A DNA stretch of 64,000 nt, from assembly GCA_044892525.1 (NCBI GenBank), contig CM097885.1:73842001-73906000 (forward strand). Direction: 5' to 3'. How positions within the stretch are numbered: the first letter of the stretch is position 1; each line of letters starts with the position of its first letter. Below, in pieces: positions 39,390 through 53,700 of this stretch. This DNA is from Schmidtea polychroa (Eukaryota). The notes beneath the pieces were generated by a model. The model was not told where the DNA came from, ran no database searches, and saw only the letters and a list, made by a program, of their open reading frames with translations. Position numbers and translations under genes: made by a program.

Positions 39390-40430
39390 TGCCACTAGTA
39401 ACTCTTTTTCGACTATTAGCCTGGCTCGATTTTTGTTTTTCATTGTAGTTAGTGCAGAAAAGCCCGTTTCTCATAAATAAAATGTTACAAATGGTAGAAG
39501 CACTTGCATTGCTTTGCAAAACAAAATTTGTACTCTCCACGATAATTCATCAAAAATTGAATTAGGGTTTCATTTTGAAACTTTTGTTTTAGTGAACTAT
39601 CTCACGATAATTCTATAAATTTTTCTTTTTCTATGGTTGTCAGCTCAACTCGTGTTCATCATTGTAGTTAAACCGATTCTGTATCTACAAAAACTTTGAG
39701 TAATCAAGGTTTTCGAAATAATTTGAAAAATGCAGCAGTAAGCTTTCCAGGTGTTCCATAAAAAGATTTTTGCTTGCTTCAATATTAGCAGTGGGCCAGA
39801 AATCTTTGGAAAGTGAAAAGATATCCAAATCATTATTTTGTAAATTTGATTTCCATAATTTCAACTTTTTGATGAAAGCCTCTTCATTGCCTTTTTGAAC
39901 AAGTGGATGCATTTGTGATCCCTGCATTGATTTATTTAAGCCACTCAATTTCCCAAATATTTCAACCAGATAGGTAAGTTTAACAATAAAATGATCGTTC
40001 CTCTACAAATGTGTTTCCTCATGATGGTTTTCTTCGAGAAATGTTGATATTTCTTCACTGAGATTAAACACCATTTGAATCATTTTTGCACGAGATAGTC
40101 AGCTAACTTCACAATAATACAATTAGCTTCCATATATAGACACAGCTATGCTAACAGCCTAGCTCCAAAATGACTATTCTTAATGTAGTTGATAATCTTT
40201 ATAATTTTTCTAAAAATGGTGTTCAGTTCCTCACTCATTTTTTTAACACTAGAGCTGCTCTGTGAAGCATACAGTGCGTCCAGATGGCATGGGTGCTTTC
40301 CTTTTAACCAATGCTTGAAGACCTACTTTGTGTCAGAACATTGAGTGAGCTGAAAGAAATTTTTTAAACGTTCGATTCTGAATATTTGTTTCTTCCAACA
40401 TTCTTTGATAACTTCCAGTAAAGAATAGCT
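39390..40430 (-). mobile_element. Buster/Charlie-type (ZBED5/FAM200-like) hAT transposase relic
   Basis: LNKSMQG..EAFIKKLKLWK..N..D.F (39685-39948) and a degenerate LCETGFS/KNRARL-like C-terminus (~39410-39500). Confidence 0.7.
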
Positions 40431-40800
40431 CGAAAATCGTTTAAATTTTGTCGTCAAATAGTGTTAGTAGTTATTTAAAGTGATATCAATTATATTTACA
40501 CATATTTACAAAATCTTATATGTTAAAAATTAATTTTTCATCCAAATTCATACTAACTTAATTTTAAATGTATTCATTAAAATTAATTCTGTAGCTCTTT
40601 TACTGTATATTTTAAGTATTAAATTTTACAATGAAATAAATTATTAATTTTCTCACATTTATTCTTTGTTGGATGTTTTAACGAATCATTTATGAAGGTT
40701 AATTTGATTAAAAGAATTTTAAAAGAATTTTTTTCGTGTCCAAAATTTATTAAGCCATTGTATTAAATTTTAGATGAAATACCATTAAAGAAAATTGGCC

Positions 40801-43800
40801 ATGAATAGAATTTCGGAGCAATTTTTAATTTTGATGATTTTATGTGTCAAATTTCTATCTAGTCAATACAATTTTCGTGTATCTGAGAATCAGCCTATCA
40901 ATACGATTGTGGGTCAAGTGTTAATCAAATCTGGATTTTCTTATGAGTTCTTTCATAAAGAAGGATTATTCAATTTAAACAAACATACAGGAGTTATTCT
41001 TACACGGAATATGATCGACAGAGAATCTCTTGCTTCTGACCTAATTGAAATTTTTTTATATAAGAAAACGTTAGAAGGTCAATTTCTGGAGACAATTTCA
41101 ATTAAAGTGCGAATAATAGATGAAAATGATAATCCACCAATTTTCTATCCGAACAAATTAGAAAGACGCATTATCGAAAACATTGCCTTATTGACTGATG
41201 TTTCTCTCACTGCTGCAACAGATTCTGATACGGATGAGTTCGGTGTGAGCAATAATTACAAAATAGAATCAGGCAATGAAGATGAGAGATTCGCATTATC
41301 AGGAGTTGGAGTGCAATACCGAGGTCAATTACTATTGCGGGTGGTCAGACCGCTTGATAGAGAAACAAAAGAAAATTACAAATTAAAGATTTCAGTTGAA
41401 GACAAAGGACAACCTCCGTTAAAAGGAGTGCTTGAAGTTGAAATAATTGTGGAAGATTACAACGATAACAGTCCGGTATTTTCCCCCAGTAAATACACAG
41501 TCCGTCTCAATGAGAGTAATCTCCCGGGATTTGAAGTCGTTAAAGTCTACGCATCAGACGCTGATGCTGGAGTTAATCAGGAAGTGGAATACCAGTTTAA
41601 AAAAACAAGAAGCGTGTTGGAAAATGAATTTTCAATCGATCGTAAATCCGGTTCAATACAACTAACACGACCGACAAGTTGCCATATCAACCACGGAGAT
41701 TGTACTCTCGTTGTTGAAGCCTTCGATCATGGATCTCCGTCTCTTTCAGCTTACTGTTATGTAACTGTTCACGTAATCCGAATAAATAGTTTCTTTCCAA
41801 AGTTCCGTATCAATTACGTCGGCTCAACCGACAAAGCTGCATATATCGAAATGGGGAAAGCCACCAGAAAGCCATTGGCAATAGTCCATTGTCAAGATGA
41901 CGATCAAGATCCCCGTGATTTGATAGTAGTATCGATTATTGGAGGAAATGATGAGAACGTGTTTGCTCTCGAGCGCACACACGGAAACGTTCATATTCTC
42001 CGTCAAATCAAACCCATTTACAACATAAACCTTCAAAGTTACATCATCACCGTACGTGCCATTGACAACGGTAATCCACCCAAACAGACAACTGTGGACA
42101 TGTTAATCCGAGTTAACAAAGCCAATATTTATTCGCCAGTATTCAGAAATCGCTACCAATCTATCACGGTTTACAGAAATGCATCAATTAACAGCTTTAT
42201 TGCCAATTTCTTTTCCACCGATCTCGATGCCGGATTGAATGGAAAAATTCGCTACTCGATTACAAAAGGTGACTATCGAGATCGGTTTGTGATTGAGAAA
42301 GAATCGGGATTAATAACTCTCCTTAAACCCCTGTGGTTTGTAAAATTGGATAGAATGAAACTGGAAATAACCGCTCGAGATTCCGGAATCAATTCTTTGG
42401 AAACAACCGGATATTTAGACTTGACCATTCTTCAATCCGATCAATTACACGCTCGAATCAAATCGAGTTGTCCGACTCGTTTCATACTCGACGACTCCAA
42501 TATTCTTCATTCTTTCTCTCATATTTTCATTGAAGATTTCTCGAAACAACTAGAACTATCCAATGTTAATCGAATAACCGAAATAGAATTCAAAATAATC
42601 AATCCCCATACGATTCTGACGGATTTCTTTATCGCCTCAAATGGTTCACTGTATTTGCCAAAAGGTTGCCGGAATCCAAGCATAGAAATCTTAATTCTAA
42701 CTCTGCTCTATCAATCAAATCTCATTTATAAAGTCCAATTATCCATTGAAACAAGCCCTAAAATGTCCAATATATTATGCAGCACCATTCCGATTGTGTA
42801 CCCAATAGAGTTGCCCCATCTTTTCCAATACAACAAATTACTATTGGAAATCCCAGAATTTCATGCGAGACAATTTGATGGAGAGTTTAAGGACACTTCT
42901 ATTGACAATAATGCATATTATGTATCTCGTGAAGGGGGCATTTATTGGAGGGACAACTTATCCTCTTCTGTACATATCAAAAAACTTGAAATTAAATACA
43001 TATTTACCCATTCCAAACACACTTTAACTCAACCTATAATTGCAATAATCTACCCGCCTTCATCAGTAAAAGAATTGATAAATTGCAGTCTCTTTCAATC
43101 CATTCTCCTTAAAAGCCCTCATTTAGTACTATTAGAAAACATTCTCATCAAATCCAAACTAAAAGTTGAGTTTGTTTTACCGGCAAATATATCCGAGAAA
43201 TATATACAAATCATTGACAAAAATATCAATTTATATCACAAATTTTACTCAAGTTTTTCCGCGCCGACACACTTTCAATTAGGGGGGTACACAAATCAAT
43301 ATTTCTCCAAATGTTTCATCAATTTACCTGTGAAACCGAAATTCGAATTCGAGAAATATTACTTTCAAACCAATCAAAACGTCAGAGCAGCATCAATTGG
43401 TATGATAAAAATAATGGGAAATTCTTCATCAGTTTTTACAAATATAACTGGACGATTTTACCAGCATTTCTATTATTCCATTCAAGAACAGATGCTTGTT
43501 TTAAAAGATTCATTTGCAGATAAGAATACAAACGGGAGAGTCTTTGAATTGAGGATAGATTTATTTGATGGGCTATCGGGTGGTTTATTAGTTTCCAACA
43601 CAGAAATAATAATTGAATTCCATCCTTTATTCGACAGTCCAATCTTTTCTGACCCGTCTTATACTTTCGTAATAAAAGAAAATTCCCTCAGTCACATTCC
43701 GCTACGAAAGATAAGTCTTATCCAATCCCAGAACATTGATGATTATCACCTTTCAATCATAGAAGAATCATTTTATGGGAAATGGAGTATTTTTTCAGAC

Positions 43801-45543
43801 GGTTCACTCTATTTATTGTCGGAACTCGATTACGAAGAAAGAAAACAATATTCCTTCACGGTTTTAGCTGTAAATAAAAAAGACCAAGAAAAATCCACAA
43901 AAGTTTTCGTTGTCATTCTAGTTCAGGATTTCAATGATAATGCTCCGATTTTTTCTATTCAACAATATTTTTTCACCATAAACCGTTACACAAAACCTAA
44001 CACGACAATCGACAAAGTATTTGCAATGGATTCCGATTCAGGAATAAACGGATTCATAAATTATTCAATTGAAAAATTACCCATAGAACTGGATTTTGTT
44101 GAGATTGACAGTCATTCTGGAAGGGTTTTCACAAACAAATTAGTGGACGTCATGGAACAGGAGTTTACGTTTTTTATCACAGCAGAAGATTACGGGATTC
44201 CACGGCGGAATAGTTCTGTTAAAGTTTATTTGAAAATCATTCCCAGCCCAAAGTCACGACAATTATTTGAAAAACAGACATTATTCCTAAACATATCCGA
44301 AGATACGAAAATCGGAGAAGAGATATTCAAGCTTCGAATTTCTCACCAACAAATGGTAACTTATAGAATTACTAAATGCACTGAGAAAGGAACATTTGCC
44401 ATAAATCAGCATACCGGGACAATATACTTGATTACAACTCTTGACAGAGAGTCAATTGGTTTTCATGTTTTAACCATCGTTGCTACTGATAATTCCTCTA
44501 CAAAGGGTTCCGAATATCTTGCCGTAGCAAATTTATATATAAATCTCATTGATACTAATGATAACAGTCCAATGTTTAAAAATAATCTTTTGAGTAATTT
44601 TATTCTATCAGAATCTATAAAAGTTGGAACAATACTTGATTTCTATACAGCTAATGATAGAGATGATGGTTTAAATGGACAAGTCCGATATCGGTTAACT
44701 ACTCCTGGAATGGAAAGTATATCAGTATTCAAAATTGATGCTTTCTCAGGAGCACTTTATCTTAATCAGCCTGTCGATTATGAGCTTAAACAGAAATGGA
44801 ACTTCATTGTCACCGCGTTCGACTTGGGGTATCCAGTGCGACATTCAAACCTATCAGTGATTGTTACTATAACTAATATTAACGATGAAAAACCGAGGTT
44901 TAATAAAGAAAGTCGATTAGAGTTTAGTGTGCAACAGAATGTAGCAATAGGTACTACAGTTGGAAGAGTGTATGCTCAAGATCCTGACTCTAATAGAGTG
45001 CTTTATTATTTACAATCTGTTCATCCTCCAGATCATCCTTTTGTTATCAATCCAATTTCAGGAATCTTATCGGTTTCTAATCCCATACTACAAGAAGACT
45101 CATTTGACCTTGTTGTCATGGCAATCGATGCAGAGCGACAAGATTGCTATGATCAGCAATCAGTTAAAGTACACATCAAGCATGAGAATGAAGACGAAAT
45201 TCAAGTGCTTACATATGGTGCAATTATTTTACCAAAAAGCTCGTTTTACAGAGAGAAAATTGCTACTCTCAAGGTTCAATCTAATTCAAGAAACCCAAAT
45301 TCCAGATTTATGTTTTCACTGAAGAATTCTTCTTACGACAAGATAATTATCCAACGGTACACTGGAGAAGTTTTCTTGACTTCCACTAGTCCCGTTGAGT
45401 TTAATTCTATTGATATAACTTTTCTTGTTTCACTCGAATCTCTTCGAACTGACACCCTCATCAAGTATCACACAACGAAACTCGTTCTTAACCAACCCAA
45501 TCCACACAATCTGAATTTTCAGAGAAATGATTATTTTTTTCAA
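40801..45543 (+). CDS. Giant cadherin (Dachsous-like), first coding exon, 1581 codons
   Basis: Signal peptide MNRISEQFLILMILCVKFLSS, then tandem EC repeats with PE/xE, LDRE/LDYE, AxDxG and DxNDNxP motifs; exon ends at CAA|GTGAGT (45544). The N-terminal repeat pattern resembles Dachsous, but orthology is untested. Confidence 0.92.
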
Positions 45544-47858
45544 GTGAGTATTTAGATCAGTTGTTTGATGTTAATGTCGGCAGTGTTATTTTATGCTCAC
45601 TTATAATGAGTCTATGATATCATTCACTATTTAATACCTCATACTGTGTCATCTCACCTATTAATCTTATGCTTTACTGACTATGTGCTCCCCGGTGATT
45701 ACTATCACTGCACGTTGCTGTTACGCATCACTGGTTTCCAGCGTTGCACTTTGATACGTGCATCGATTCATATTGATGATACAAAAATTGTTATCATACC
45801 TCCTTCAAAATTTTAATTTCTTTTTCGATCTCTTTCAATTTTTAAATAAATCGAAAAACATTTTGTTGTCAAAAAACTAGATTTAGTCGATGAGAATATC
45901 TTTATTTTAGTTATGGATGATCAGTCATATGAATGATATGATCAAATAATATTTATATTGCATCCATTGTGATGGTTAGGCCGTTCATTGACAGTACAAT
46001 TACTATATTTGATTGTTTTTTTTGGTTTTTGGATTCAATTTTCATCTATTAAATTTATTGTTTTTTTGTTACATAATCAATTTTGTTCTTATTATCATTG
46101 TGCACATAAAACTAAACATTGTCCACTTTTTGAAAATGTACAACAAAGGGTTTCTCGCTGTCAATGGCGGTGATTTCTGTTACGTTTAGGGATATAGTCA
46201 ATATGACTGTTATAAATGTTTCTCAATTTGATTTGACCTCTCCATGCTGTAACCTGAAGAAATCATAATATAACTGGTTGATTGAAATGTTCATGGCCAA
46301 GTTACATCCTATGATATTACCAATTAGATTACATTGGACTTCTGCTAAAATTGGCATAATTAATTGGGACTTTTTTTACTTCATTTCAAGTTCTATAGTC
46401 AAACAGGGCAAGATTTTTTAACAACCTTTGATCGGTTTTTTTTATAAAAATGCCATTTATTATTAATAACGGATCTGTTTTCAACTAATATCAAGGCTCA
46501 GTATGTAAGAGATTTCATAATTTTAGTATACGTGGGCATTTTCACGTCATTTTATTTGAGCTATTGAAAAACGCTACTAATTCTGTCTGTCTGATATTTT
46601 TGTTCAAACTAATTTTTCAATGAAGATTTACTAATGNNNNNNNNNNNNNNNNNNNNNNNNNNNNNNNNNNNNNNNNNNNNNNNNNNNNNNNNNNNNNNNN
46701 NNNNNNNNNNNNNNNNNNNNNNNNNNNNNNNNNNNNNNNNNNNNNNNNNNNNNNNNNNNNNNNNNNNNNNNNNNNNNNNNNNNNNNNNNNNNNNNNCGTT
46801 ATTATTTATAGAAACACAATTCAAATAGGTAAGGTTTTTCCGCAATTTTTATTAATTGAAATAATAATTATAAATTATTGTTATAATCAAAAATATAAAA
46901 AAGAATTAAAAGATAGTAAAAGGAAAGATTAATGAAATGATATCAGGTTGATTATACCGTGATCATGCTATATGATTGAATGAATAATAACAATGTCTCT
47001 TATCCACTTCATCGGAAAGCACCACTTGTACACAAGTGTAATTTAAGAAGGAAGTCCCATAAAAATGTCCCTTTACAACACTTGGCACCAACAGATATGA
47101 AAAGCAAAGTATGAGTGTCGTTCTTGTAAGTGGAAATGAATTTACTTTGTGGCGTCCGATAGAAATTACTGAAAAATAATCATTTTACGAAGCTAATAAC
47201 ATAATCATGTTATTGTGGCAAGTATACAAATTTCATCGATGAAAATTTATTGGGACGTTTACGGACCGAGATTGAAAAATCGCGAGGAATGATTAATCTC
47301 CTACAGACAAAACTTCATCAAATTCAGAGAAATTATTCTACAATCCATATAAATATGTATTTATTTACCAGCTTTCGACATAATTTGTCTATATCGGTAT
47401 CAAACATAAGCAAAAAATACTCTTTCTATTATCAATGGCATTTTTCAATTGGAAATGGCTGACACCTGCTCTCGTTTCTTCGTTTTCCCCAATCAAATAC
47501 TTTACTTATTTCCTTCAATTCAATTATAATTACCACTTATCAATCTCATTTATGTCATNNNNNNNNNNNNNNNNNNNNNNNNNNNNNNNNNNNNNNNNNN
47601 NNNNNNNNNNNNNNNNNNNNNNNNNNNNNNNNNNNNNNNNNNNNNNNNNNNNNNNNNNNNNNNNNNNNNNNNNNNNNNNNNNNNNNNNNNNNNNNNNNNN
47701 NNNNNNNNNNNNNNNNNNNNNNNNNNNNNNNNNNNNNNNNNNNNNNNNNNNNNNNNNNNNNNNNNNNNNNNNNNNNNNNNNNNNNNNNNNNNNNNNNNNN
47801 NNNNNNNNNNNNNNNNNNATATTAAGTAAAAATATTAACTGAAATTATTTTAATTTAG

Positions 47859-48143
47859 ATACCTGAATGTAAAACAACACCGGGATTAAAGCTTTTACGT
47901 CTGCAAGCTCTATACCCAGGAAATCCTATAAGTGATCTGGAATATTATATTTATGATATTTATTGTGGGATTTCTGAACGAATCAGATTGCCAAATACCA
48001 TTATTCGCCTGGATAAAGAAACCGGATGGATCAGTATCGGTAACATATATTTAGATCGAGAAATAATCGAAGGCAGCCAGATTACCGTGGAAGTAGTAGT
48101 TATTGATCGAGGAAAGAATGGATCAAGGATCAGATGTACAAAG
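47859..48143 (+). CDS. Cadherin gene exon (95 codons, phase 0/0)
   Basis: TTTAG|ATACCTGAA..AAG|GTTAGT; translates IPECKTTPG..RLDKETGWISIGNIYLDREII..VVVIDRG, continuing the EC repeat from the previous exon. Confidence 0.88.
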
Positions 48144-50379
48144 GTTAGTTGATTATATGCTGAGAAATTTTATTTATGGTAACTTGGAGGAGAATTTTTA
48201 TTACAATATAATTCTTTAATTTAAATTACAAGGGGATTATTTGATGTTTTCATTTCATTTGGATTTATTTTTTTTAGTCGAGACAAGGCGGATCTAAGAT
48301 AAATATCTTGAAGATTTTATATCCCAACAAAGATTTTGTATAACTTTGAAATATTTTAAAATCCATTCAATGTCAGTTTATGAATTTAAGCATTACCCTA
48401 TTAACGCCTTGTTTCCTCAAACTTTTTGAAGTCGTGGAACACTGATTTATTTGTAGGCGAAACATCTACAATACAGCATAAACTTTAAAACATGGGGCGC
48501 GGGTTGCTAACCTTTTTGAAACCAAAAGAGTAATAAAAAAGAATAATGTTTGCAAAAACACTCCATAACTGCAATAATATTTTATGTTTCCAAGAAGTAA
48601 TTTTAGCCCGAAAGATATTTGTATTCATACAAAGCCGAATGGTACGGTACGTTGAATTGATTTTGAGAACCAAGGTATTAACTTTTTAAGTTATTTCACA
48701 TATTCGCTAGTGAATGTTACACATTTGGTGACCAACCTGAAAACCAAGCTCATCCAGCGTATAAAATACAATTGGAGATACTTAAGAAAGCTGTGGAAAA
48801 CATTAATGAAATAAATTACGGCGAAAATGTGTTGCACATTCATGAAATTTTCTTAATGTATTTGATAGTATTTTCGATCTCTAATATGGCCAAGATTGAA
48901 ACTGTTATGTAACCTTTACAAGTAACTGTAACACAGATGGCTGTCTCGTAATTATATCTGGCAAATAGATTACTATTCTGATTGTAATAGGCATCATAAA
49001 TAAATATAATTTATTTTTACTGCTAATTTCAACATAATTATGTCAATGTTTCGAATATTCGTATCGAATTCGTATGAAAGCATTTATATGAAATAGTTGT
49101 TAGTTGTTGATTAGTTATTAACAATACAGCATTTTTATGATCTCTGAAATGATCTATTGTCAGCATGAATTTCATAAGTAAGCATTGCGGTTACGATGAT
49201 CATAGATCTATAAAATTCTTAGGGATAACTACAAATCTAACTAGTCTAACACTTGACTAACAATTGATAAAGGCTGTCCCGAAAACTTGTGGTAATCTTG
49301 ACCATTCTGGCTATATTCTTAAAATGGCATACTTCAGAAGATAAATGTCTTCTTTTGATGTTTTCCCATAATTTTTTCTGACAAATTTATTATGTCTTTG
49401 TTTTGTTATATTCAATGATATTGTGATTCTAATTAATTCCTTTAGAAGCACTAACCTTTAAGATATCTAATACAAAACACCCGCCTGGAAGAATGATGTT
49501 CGCCAGAGGTTTTCTCTTAAAGTTACCGTTAAAGGTACGCTTATTGTTGGAAAGCATTACTATATCAACTTAATCTAGGTGCATTTCTAACAAGTTTTTT
49601 CGGTAGACATACGCCAGCAACTAATTTAAATCCGCACTCTAACCAATGTAAGTATTGACACATCAACGAAATGAATAATCTGTGCACAATTCTCATGACA
49701 AAATTGGAAAAAAAAATTCATTTGTATTGCTTATCAACGACTATTTTAATTTGATAATCACCGTGACTGCCTTGGCTTCAAATTATCTTGAGTGATACTT
49801 ATCTCTGAGTGCTACCACCTACCATTTCAGCAATACGCAGGTACATTGTCAATCAGCTACCATTTGTTCAACTGTAATCTGTCTTTGCTTTACATTAATA
49901 CTATAGATCAAATTATTTTTTACTAATTTTCAACACTGCCTTTTTGAAGTTTTATAACACTTAAAAAAGGCAGTGGCAAAACTTTGAAATGAAAATAAAC
50001 GAAATGTTAGCATCCAATAAATAGAGTGAAAAGACTACAAAATCCTTATTCTTATTTCACGGTTAATAATCATTGTCTTCCTGGTATTATTATGAGATTA
50101 TGCTACTTATAAGCGCTCAGTTAAGTGATTCGTGTCAATCATCGTAATTATGCTGTGCTTGAATGGACTGTTATTATCTACTGGACAATGCTAGGAAAGA
50201 ACAGCACGATTTATTCCAAATTTTATATCATCTCTGTAATTGTCGTTGTCTTAAATTTTTATGCACAATCTCACATAGTATTCTATTTCTCGACTGTTTT
50301 TCAAGAAAATTTATGAAAAACTAAAACTAAAAACAATATTAAATTTTTTTTATTAAAATATTAAATCAGAAATAAAAGA

Positions 50380-50740
50380 ATGAATTTAAAAGTTTTCCCA
50401 AACTTAAGCTATTGGAAAATAATTTTTGAGCCGCAATGACCGAAGAAAGATTGGATGGTCTAGCACAGTGGTGGCCAACCCAAATCAATCGAAGGGCCAA
50501 ATTTTCGGAAAAATACTATCACGGGCCACAATAAATTCATTTAAATAAATATAACTCGTTTTTACTATTCAAGTAAACTTAGAATCAATTTTTTAAATTA
50601 AACACATGCTTAATTCGAATATGAATTCTAAAAAAGACAATTATTGATTTGATGTTTAAAATTGTGTCCGAGCCACATCAAAACGCTTCGCAGGCCATCG
50701 GTTGACCATGGCTTGTCTAGCAGTTATAAAGGAAATCACT
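50380..50740 (+). mobile_element. hAT MITE family copy 2 (50466-50714, inverted relative to copy 1) inserted in a hAT dimerization-domain relic
   Basis: Near-identical to the revcomp of 27895-28143; TSD GTCTAGCA (50458-50465, 50715-50722). Removing it restores LKLLENNF*AAMTEERLDGLAVIK. Confidence 0.9.
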
Positions 50741-53700
50741 TAGGAAATCACAGGAAATCGCTTATAATTTAAATTTGGGAAGAACTTTCATAGAATTTTA
50801 TTGAGAATTATCCCAATAGAACAATTATCATTATGTATTTATATTATTGTTTTATTGTTTTAAGTGTTTCTCTTCTAATATAAACTAAATGGTATTTGGA
50901 GATTTGATATTATTTTGTTTTATAACATAATGAACTAGGGGCGATATTTAATTGTTTGCCTCAGGAGAATTATTTTATTTTAAAGATTAGAAAAATAAAT
51001 TATTTGTAATTCTGAGACCTGAGTGTTGAGAGAACATTAATTAAAAATTTATTTTTGGTTGTGCGAAAATTTTTAATTTAAATATAAAACATTAAATAAA
51101 ATATTAAATAATTTTCATATTAATGCTTGTAAGACAAATATATAAGGTACACAATATTTCGGCATAGCTTTAATCAAGTGTTCAAAGACATATGATAGTT
51201 CAAATAAAATAATTTGAGTATTTAATATATATATTTTATACTTTATGTTATCTATTAAATACCATTTTTTATATTATTCTATTATATTTTTAACGAATTA
51301 TTATATTCACAAAGATTATGTTTGGACTTTCGAACCAAGGTATATTTAGTAAATCTGTTTGAAGAAAAACCATTAGTAGCTGGATTGGTCCCCGATGAAA
51401 CAGGTCCCCTGAGGAAAAAATTATTAAGTTAAAAAAGATTTTGCTTAATATTTTTAAGTAGGTCAACTTCTATTTTCATGTAGGTCACGGAATATTTAAG
51501 TTTTTCACGTAATTTTTATGTTTTTCATTGAAATTTTTTATGTATTTCACGTCAAAATTACTCCAATTTTAAGTAGGTCAAGTCTTATTTAAAACATAAT
51601 CCCCATTGGCACAGTATATAAAATAAGTAGGTTACAGACACACATACATTCTNNNNNNNNNNNNNNNNNNNNNNNNNNNNNNNNNNNNNNNNNNNNNNNN
51701 NNNNNNNNNNNNNNNNNNNNNNNNNNNNNNNNNNNNNNNNNNNNNNNNNNNNNNNNNNNNNNNNNNNNNNNNNNNNNNNNNNNNNNNNNNNNNNNNNNNN
51801 NNNNNNNNNNNNNNNNNNNNNNNNNNNNNNNNNNNNNNNNNNNNNNNNNNNNNNNNNNNNGCCATTTGAATTGTCAGAAAAACTCAAAATAATAAACGAA
51901 AAATAATTAACATATAAAAAAATGATGACATCAGACGTCTGTGATAATTATTGTATTTGATTGGAATGGAATACTGATCAAAGTAGTAGAAAATGTATAA
52001 AGCTGTTCTGTCGAGGAAATCAAGAATGAAATAGGAAATAAAAATTGTTTGACGAATTCTGATGTACGTAGATATTAGGGAATTGATCTGAATGAAATTC
52101 TCCCAAAAGATTATGAAATGCAACATTTAATAGGCATGAAGGAATTCGGCTGTTTGTGTTTTAGAAATTATTTAGATTTTGTTGGATTCCTCAATTCAAT
52201 ATGCAATGACCACAGTCAGTGAGATAGTTAATATGGAATGTACTGAACGAATTCTCACGAATATCTAGAATAAATAGTTTACTCGGTATTTATTTATTTA
52301 TTTTCAGAGTTTTTCTCTTACTCTCACCTGACAATAATGTCCAATTTTTCTTTAAAAAATTCAATTCAAATTTAATTTCTTTATGTACTGGTGTTCTTGA
52401 TTCTCCGCTTCGCTCAACTTACTATTAGGGATACGCTTGAAAGATTCCGAAATGTTCCGGTTGGACATCTGATGGAATTCCAAGGAAAATACTGTAAATT
52501 AATCTCAATATATTGATAATTTTTTAATTAACCATTTTAAAAATCAACATATCTATGAATTTTGACAAGGTACTTTTCATTTTCAACATTTATTTCTGAT
52601 ATTCACATGTCTATGCCAGGGCATCTTTAACTGACTGAGGTTTCCAAATAATGTTATGAAAAGTTTTTATTAAATTTCCTATACATGCATTAATTATATT
52701 TATTTAAATTTCAATTTAACTTTTTTTGAGATTTTTTAACAATAAGTAACAATATTGGAGAAATTTAAAAGCTATTTTCATAAGAAAAGTTTCTAGGTCT
52801 CCCGTCTATATATTTTGTTAATCTTGTTACGTATAAATTATACAGATGTCACCAAAACAAACATATGCATGTAAATTTATATAAAACAATTAATGAAATA
52901 GAAATATCTAAAATTAATCCTTTTTTGTTATTGATACCAAGTCGAATATTGACATCAGTGTCGTTTTTAATGAACTAAAATTTCCCAAAATATTTATCGA
53001 TTCAAAGCTCTTTGAAATGTCCCAGAAACTGATTCAAGTGAAATTCTCGTAGACCGATTCCTTCTCCAAAACGAGAGCAAGTTTTCGATAACTTCCTAGG
53101 CAACATCAAAACAAATGATGAAAAATCACACAAAATTTAGTTAACCGTGCAATTCTTCTCACGAATAAGAAATAATTTTAGCGTGATTTTTTTTAATCGG
53201 TGAAATTATCTTAAGTCAATTTCAAATTAAATGACAACTCTAGCATTATTACCTTGGATAAGAGAAAGGAGTTGGTAGAATAAGAGAGTTAATAACTATT
53301 ATTAATCGAAGTTATATATTGTCTATCAGTAAACTTTTTAATGTTTTTCACCATTGATCTTTTTATTTTCATTTTCCTTTATTCTAATGAATCCTGAATT
53401 TTCATCGCATCTTTTTAAAATGTTGAATCTGTGTTAAAAATTCATGTTAAATATAAAACAAAATATTTATTGATATTATAAAATTAATAAAGATAAAGTC
53501 AATTGAGAATATATACAGTTAACCCCTTAACCAATGCAAATGAGTCAAACTAAGGTATAAGAAACTGAGTTTTTTCTACAAACCTGAGTTAATAAGCTCA
53601 AGCTTGAATCTTAACTTCACATATAATTACAATCGAATATGTCCACTAGACAATTTTGATGTTTTAATGTTCTTTAGTGTATAAATAAAATGAAGAATAA

